From NCBI GenBank assembly GCA_030637025.1, contig DAOVVV010000002.1, forward strand, positions 62,001 to 95,798: DNA of 33,798 bases, read 5' to 3'. Of this stretch, positions 29,334 to 33,798 are shown one piece after another. Position 1 is the stretch's first letter. Each line of letters opens with the position of its first letter. The notes under the pieces were generated by a model that saw only the letters and a program-made list of their open reading frames with translations, did no database searches and had not been told where the DNA came from. This stretch comes from Clostridia bacterium (lineage in GTDB: Bacteria > CBDUZB01 > JAGLHV01). The translations under genes and the position numbers were made by a program.

Positions 29334-30276
29334 TTTTTTTATCTCTCTTCAGTTTCATTTCACGAATTAACCGCTTATTTAATTCATAAGCACTATGTCG
29401 ACCCTCATTTTTCAACCTCTGATTCATAGCGGCAACTTCTATAATCATTGCTGTATTCCTTCCCGGCCTGACAGGAATAAGTAATTCCGGCAATCTTACA
29501 CCTAAAATACTAACTAATTTTTCATCTAAACCTACCCGGTCATAAACTTTATTTTCGCGCCATTCTTCCAAACGAACAATTAATTCTATAGAATTAACAT
29601 CTTTGACTGCTCCTATACCAAAAAGGGTAGCAACATTAATAATTCCCATGCCCCTTACTTCCATATGATGACGGATTAATTCATTACCTGTACCCACTAA
29701 AAACTGACCTGTTTTTCTGGTTATATCAACTACATCATCAGCAATTAAACGATGTCCTTTTTTTACTAATCCCAAAGCACATTCGCTTTTACCTATACCA
29801 CTTTTTCCTAAAATTAATACGCCCATTCCATAAACTTCTACTAAAACACCTAATATAGTTGTCCTGAGAGCAAATTTATCTTCTAAATAAGCTGTAATTT
29901 TGCTGATAAATTTAGAAGTTAAAAGAGATGTTCTAAAAAGAGCAATTTTTTTCTTCCGGGAAACATCTATCAATTCTTGTGGAGAAACCAGATTACGCGT
30001 AATTACAAAGCAAGGTATGTTATAAGAAAGGACTTTTTCCAAGACCTGTTTTCTTTTCCCCTGAGATAACTTTCGCAAATAAGACATTTCACCATTACCT
30101 AAGACCTGCAACCGTTCAAAAGGAAAATCATCAAAATACCCGGTTAAAGCAAGTCCCGGACGATTAATTTCACAAACACTAATTTTCCTATCCAACCCAT
30201 CTTCTCCGCTGAGAAGTTCAAGTTTTATTTTTTTCTTCCCTTCTTTAAATAATTTTCTTACTTCAATTTCCGGCAT
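29323..30276 (-). CDS. hprK: HPr kinase/phosphorylase
   Basis: RPGLALTGY, GKSGIGKSE Walker A, GHRLIADD, MEVRGMGII, PVRPGRN. Confidence 0.96.
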   Translation of the reverse strand: MPEIEVRKLFKEGKKKIKLELLSGEDGLDRKISVCEINRPGLALTGYFDDFPFERLQVLGNGEMSYLRKLSQGKRKQVLEKVLSYNIPCFVITRNLVSPQELIDVSRKKKIALFRTSLLTSKFISKITAYLEDKFALRTTILGVLVEVYGMGVLILGKSGIGKSECALGLVKKGHRLIADDVVDITRKTGQFLVGTGNELIRHHMEVRGMGIINVATLFGIGAVKDVNSIELIVRLEEWRENKVYDRVGLDEKLVSILGVRLPELLIPVRPGRNTAMIIEVAAMNQRLKNEGRHSAYELNKRLIREMKLKRDKKSEN

Positions 30277-30323
30277 AATATCACCTAAAATTATATTAAA
30301 ATATTTAATTTGTTTTTTGATAT

Positions 30324-30507
30324 TTAATTCAATGAAACTTAGAGTTTTTTCAGCTACGCTGATAAAAACTCTGTAGTCGGATTAATCCTGAGCACTTCAG
30401 CTGAGTTTATCCTGAACATAATCAAAGGACTCAGCATAAACTCCCTTGAAGGAAGTCGAGGTATCTCGAGTTTAATTCCCCGCAGTTTACTGCGGAGTAG
30501 TTGATTT
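30324..30507 (-). repeat. Family B modular palindromic element, site 2 (inverted, with nested insert)
   Basis: Reverse complement reads AAATCAACTACTCCGCAGTAAACTGCGGGGAATTAAACTCGAG...GCTCAGGATTAATCCGACTACAGAGTTTTTATCAGCGTAGCTGAAAAAACTCTAAGT. Confidence 0.85.
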
Positions 30508-30966
30508 TTAATATTCATCTTCTTCCTTAATAATTTTTATTATTTCATCAACACTGGCAGCATTTCTCAATGCCTGACGAAAAAATTTATCCTTCAAAAG
30601 ACGTGAAATTTTAGCTAATGCTTTAAGATGAATACCAGCTAAATCGGGTGGAGCAATAAGCAGAAAAATCAAATAAACCGGTTCTCCATCAAGAGCATCA
30701 AAATCAACACCTTTTTTAGAAACACCAAAGGCAGCAATAATATTAGTTACTCCACTTGATTTTCCATGAGGAATGGCAATTCCTTGCCCGATACCGGTAG
30801 AACCCAGTTTTTCTCTTTCCATTAAAATTTTAACGACTTTTTCCCGATTTTTTATTTTTTTGGCCTTATATAAAAGACCTACGATCTCTTCTATTGCTTC
30901 TTTTTTGCTTTGACTTTTTAAATCTGCAATTACAGCATTTTTACACAAAAAATCAAGAATTTTCAT
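30508..30966 (-). CDS. ptsN: PTS EIIA (Ntr/fructose-type)
   Basis: REKLGSTGIGQGIAIPHGK, FDALDGEPV, HLKALAKISR; located between hpf and hprK. Confidence 0.88.
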   Translation of the reverse strand: MKILDFLCKNAVIADLKSQSKKEAIEEIVGLLYKAKKIKNREKVVKILMEREKLGSTGIGQGIAIPHGKSSGVTNIIAAFGVSKKGVDFDALDGEPVYLIFLLIAPPDLAGIHLKALAKISRLLKDKFFRQALRNAASVDEIIKIIKEEDEY

Positions 30967-31016
30967 CCATTTTTCTCCTTTTTATATTAAAATATGTTTT
31001 GTTAATAAATTAATTT

Positions 31017-31547
31017 CTATATTTTAAATTCTATTACTTCATATCTTTTCTCTTTTTTTCGATAAAGCATACTAATTTTATCCGTATCACTGTTTATAAA
31101 TACAAAAAAAGTATCTTTCCCTGATTCTATAAATGTAAGAGCTTCTTCCAAAGACATAGATTCCACTTTTATCCTCTTGGCATTTAATTTAACTTTTAAA
31201 GCTCGTTTTTTTTCTTCAAGAAAATCCACCGATGATTCTTCATCATACCGTTTATCTTTCCGGTGTTCTCTTAATTTTTCTTTATATTTCTTTAATTGCT
31301 TTACCACTTTATCCATTACTTTATCTATTGCTGTGTATAGATCTTCTGCCTTTTCTTTTGCCCGAATATGTTCTCCCCCTGTTTGAATAAAAACTTCAGC
31401 AACATGTAAATGTTTTTCGAGGTTTAAAATTAATTCGGTGTTCACTAAACGATTTAAATACTTCTTGATTTTTTCTGCTTTTTTATAAATATAACCTCTC
31501 AATCGTGGTGTTAATTTAATACGCCTGGTAGTTATTTTAACAATCAT
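31017..31547 (-). CDS. hpf: Ribosome hibernation promoting factor, long form
   Basis: LT..LR.Y..KK, DLYTAID....K..KQLKKYKEKL, C-terminal MSLEEA...FFVF.N......MLYR domain. Confidence 0.9.
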   Translation of the reverse strand: MIVKITTRRIKLTPRLRGYIYKKAEKIKKYLNRLVNTELILNLEKHLHVAEVFIQTGGEHIRAKEKAEDLYTAIDKVMDKVVKQLKKYKEKLREHRKDKRYDEESSVDFLEEKKRALKVKLNAKRIKVESMSLEEALTFIESGKDTFFVFINSDTDKISMLYRKKEKRYEVIEFKI

Positions 31548-31559
31548 TTTCCCTCCTTT

Positions 31560-32279
31560 CTATAATTTAAAATTATTCCCTAAATAAACTTCTTTAGCCT
31601 TTTCATTTTTAATTAAATCTTTTGCCGTTCCCTGAAATAATATTTTACCCTCATAAATTATATAAGCCCGATCAATAATTTCCAAAGTCTCCCTCACTCT
31701 GTGATCCGTAATTAAGACCCCTAAATCCTTCTTTTTCAGTTGAAAAATAATCTTTTGAATATCCATAACCGCTAATGGATCTATACCTGTAAATGGTTCA
31801 TCTAACAAAATAAACTTAGGAGTAGTCACTAATGCTCGGGATATTTCCACTCTCCTTTTCTCACCCCCCGACAAAGTATAGGCCTTATTCTTAGCCAAGC
31901 GGGCAATCCCTAATTCTGATAAAAGCTTTTCTAATTTCCTTTTTTTCTCTTTTTTCGTCAACGGTAACGTTTCTAATATCGCCAAAACGTTTTCTTCTAC
32001 AGTTAAACCACGAAAAATAGACGGATCCTGAGATAAATATCCTAAGCCGATCCTTGCCCGTTTATACATTGGTAAATGGGTAATTTCCTCATCTCCCATA
32101 AAAATACTACCATTATCAGATTTAAGTAATCCAACAATCATATAAAAAGTAGTACTTTTTCCCGCTCCATTAGGCCCTAACAAACCAACAACTTCACCTT
32201 TATTGACTTTAATAGAAACACTATCGACCACTCGACGATGAGCAAAACTTTTAGTTAAATTCGAAACATATAATCCCAT
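31560..32279 (-). CDS. lptB: LPS export ABC transporter ATP-binding protein
   Basis: GLLGPNGAGKSTTFYMIVG, LSGGEKRRVEI, LLDEPFTGIDP, GVLITDH. Confidence 0.95.
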   Translation of the reverse strand: MGLYVSNLTKSFAHRRVVDSVSIKVNKGEVVGLLGPNGAGKSTTFYMIVGLLKSDNGSIFMGDEEITHLPMYKRARIGLGYLSQDPSIFRGLTVEENVLAILETLPLTKKEKKRKLEKLLSELGIARLAKNKAYTLSGGEKRRVEISRALVTTPKFILLDEPFTGIDPLAVMDIQKIIFQLKKKDLGVLITDHRVRETLEIIDRAYIIYEGKILFQGTAKDLIKNEKAKEVYLGNNFKL

Positions 32280-32284
32280 TAATT

Positions 32285-32962
32285 TTAATTTCTCCCTTTT
32301 GAAACAACAGTTCCCATTACATTTCCTTCTAAAAATATTTTCTTTCGATTTATTAAAATGGTTATTTCATCTGCTTCGTAAGCACTAGTATTTTTTTCAT
32401 CTTCATAAAAAATTTGAGGACTACCGGATAAAATCATCCTTTTGGTTTTGTTAAGATACAAACCTTTTTCTCCCTGACCTTTTACACTTTCCCTGGAAAG
32501 CTTAACATTTCCTAATGCAATAACTTCTTCTTTATTTAAATCTGCCTCAATCCTATCACAGGTAAGGACAATTTGCTGTTCATCTGAATTGTCAATTGAT
32601 TTACGTATCATTTTTGGATTTCCCGTAATTATTCCATAATTCTTGTTTTTATAATAAACAATTTTTTCACCATAAACCTCCACTTTTTCACTATCCTTAA
32701 CAGTCCCTACAAAATAAACATTCCCTTCCCCTTTTACTATTCCCCTTTTTTCAAAATTTTTCATTCTATCCGCAGTAATAACATTTTCCCCCTGAATCAA
32801 TTTCACATTACCAATAAATGAAAAAATATCTTCTTTTTGTAAAACTTCCATTTGATCAGCGACTATAGTAACTTCTTCCTTTTTTGTCCGTGCATGGGAA
32901 ACCAAAATCAAACAACATAAAAAAATATTAACCATGCAAAACCCTACAATTTTTTGTTCCAT
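32285..32962 (-). CDS. lptA: LptA/OstA-family LPS transport protein (apparently two OstA-like repeats)
   Basis: Signal peptide; repeated I.AD/I.CD...GNVKL beta-jellyroll pattern; directly upstream of lptB. Confidence 0.8.
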   Translation of the reverse strand: MEQKIVGFCMVNIFLCCLILVSHARTKKEEVTIVADQMEVLQKEDIFSFIGNVKLIQGENVITADRMKNFEKRGIVKGEGNVYFVGTVKDSEKVEVYGEKIVYYKNKNYGIITGNPKMIRKSIDNSDEQQIVLTCDRIEADLNKEEVIALGNVKLSRESVKGQGEKGLYLNKTKRMILSGSPQIFYEDEKNTSAYEADEITILINRKKIFLEGNVMGTVVSKGRN

Positions 32963-32965
32963 AGT

Positions 32966-33511
32966 TTATTTCCCCCTTATTGTCGCCTTTACATCTTTTT
33001 TAATTACTATTCTATTAAGATCCGGCGTTGCTTCCAACCCCCAACCGGTAATAATTACATCCCCTTTCTCTTCTTCAATAAAATCATCTGAAACGATTAA
33101 CTTTCTATCACTATCCCATTTAACTTTTTTTGCCCGGATCTTTATGTCCTCAATTAAAGAATGTATTTCAACGTTGCCTTCTATTTCTATATCTCCTGTG
33201 TCCGAATAAGTTATCCCCTTTTCAGCACTCAAAACAGAAACCACTTCCCCGTTCTGGTATATTTCTATCCAGGGTTTGTAAACTATACAATATTCTTCGT
33301 TTTCAGCAATCTCTGCTTTTTGAGCTTCTAATTTCCATTGTTCTTCGCCCATTCTGGTCTGAATAATGCAAAATTTATCAATTGTTTGTTTAAATACGGT
33401 TTTAGTCCCTTTAGTTTTTCCTTTTTTACTTTTTACACAAGCAGAAAAAGTAAACACCCCTGCTGCTAATAATAAAACAAAATATTTTATGAGCTTATTT
33501 TTTTTTATCAT
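32966..33511 (-). CDS. lptC: LPS export protein LptC (probable lipoprotein); start revised to ATG 33511
   Basis: MIKKNKLIKYFVLLLAAGVFTFSA-C signal/lipobox-like start, WKLEAQKA, LSAEKG, GNVEI, ITGWGL; upstream of lptA-lptB. Confidence 0.8.
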   Translation of the reverse strand: MIKKNKLIKYFVLLLAAGVFTFSACVKSKKGKTKGTKTVFKQTIDKFCIIQTRMGEEQWKLEAQKAEIAENEEYCIVYKPWIEIYQNGEVVSVLSAEKGITYSDTGDIEIEGNVEIHSLIEDIKIRAKKVKWDSDRKLIVSDDFIEEEKGDVIITGWGLEATPDLNRIVIKKDVKATIRGK

Positions 33512-33534
33512 AATTCTCTCAAAAGCAAACATTA

Positions 33535-33798
33535 CAGCAAGCTGCGGGAAATTAAACCCGAACCTCTTAGACTCCCTACAACCACTCAGGATCAATTCGA
33601 CTACAGAGTTTTTGTCAGCATAGCTGACGAGGAACCGAAACACAGGCCCTTCGACTCCCTTCAGTCGTCTCGGAATCAATTCGACTACAGAGTTTTTGTC
33701 AGCTTAGCTGACGAGGAACTGAAACACAGGCCCTTCGACTCCCTTCAGTCGTCTCGGAATCAATTCGACTACAGAGTTTTTGTCAGCTTAGCTGACGA
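33535..33798 (+). repeat. Family B element site 3, expanded into an 84-bp tandem array (at least 2.5 units, runs off window)
   Basis: Units start ATCAATTCGACTACAGAG at 33591, 33675 and 33759; units 1 and 2 differ at 2 positions; preceded by CAGCAAGCTGCGGGAAATTAAACCCGAA. Confidence 0.92.

Noticed and set aside
4574-33623. Numerous short + strand ORFs in the track
   Set aside because: Antisense shadows of well-supported minus-strand genes, without motifs
33624-33641. Hammerhead ribozyme core-like motif CTGACGA-GGAACC-GAAAC in the tandem units
   Set aside because: No convincing stems I and III could be formed around any UH site, within or between units. CTGACGAG is explained as the right arm of the family B hairpin and is absent at sites 1 and 2. 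A cmscan with hammerhead models would settle it.
33512-33679. 56-aa N-terminal extension of LptC given in the ORF track
   Set aside because: It is translation through the repeat; the next unit has an in-frame TAA, and a good signal peptide starts at ATG 33511
33591-33798. CRISPR array
   Set aside because: Whole 84-bp units are near-identical, there are no unique spacers and no cas genes are in the window

Overview
A low-GC bacterial chromosomal segment in which every credible gene (about 30) lies on the minus strand. In transcription order: lptC-lptA-lptB-hpf-ptsN-hprK-rapZ, mannose-family PTS EIIA-EIIB-[GH57 glycoside hydrolase]-EIIC-EIID, ptsH-ptsI-pgi/pmi, lepA-lepB-hemW, a perfect CIRCE, hrcA-grpE-dnaK-dnaJ-rsmE-mtaB, hit-rpsU-NIF3-like-dnaG-rpoD, a DUF6901-like gene, a rhomboid-like membrane protein and a partial exported protein running off the left edge. 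The Lpt genes indicate a diderm, yet the heat-shock gene order is Firmicutes-like and the DnaK looks archaeal/monoderm-type. The genes are mostly housekeeping; the unexplained signal is intergenic. Family A is a 164-177 nt element in three copies that folds into a long branched hairpin, with pairing-preserving substitutions and G.U pairs on the strand antisense to the genes. Family B is a modular, nested palindromic REP/IS200-end-like element at three sites, one of them amplified into an 84-bp tandem array at the window end. A heptamer-repeat/palindrome hotspot lies between lepB and hemW. No transposase, CRISPR array, tRNA or rRNA was seen.
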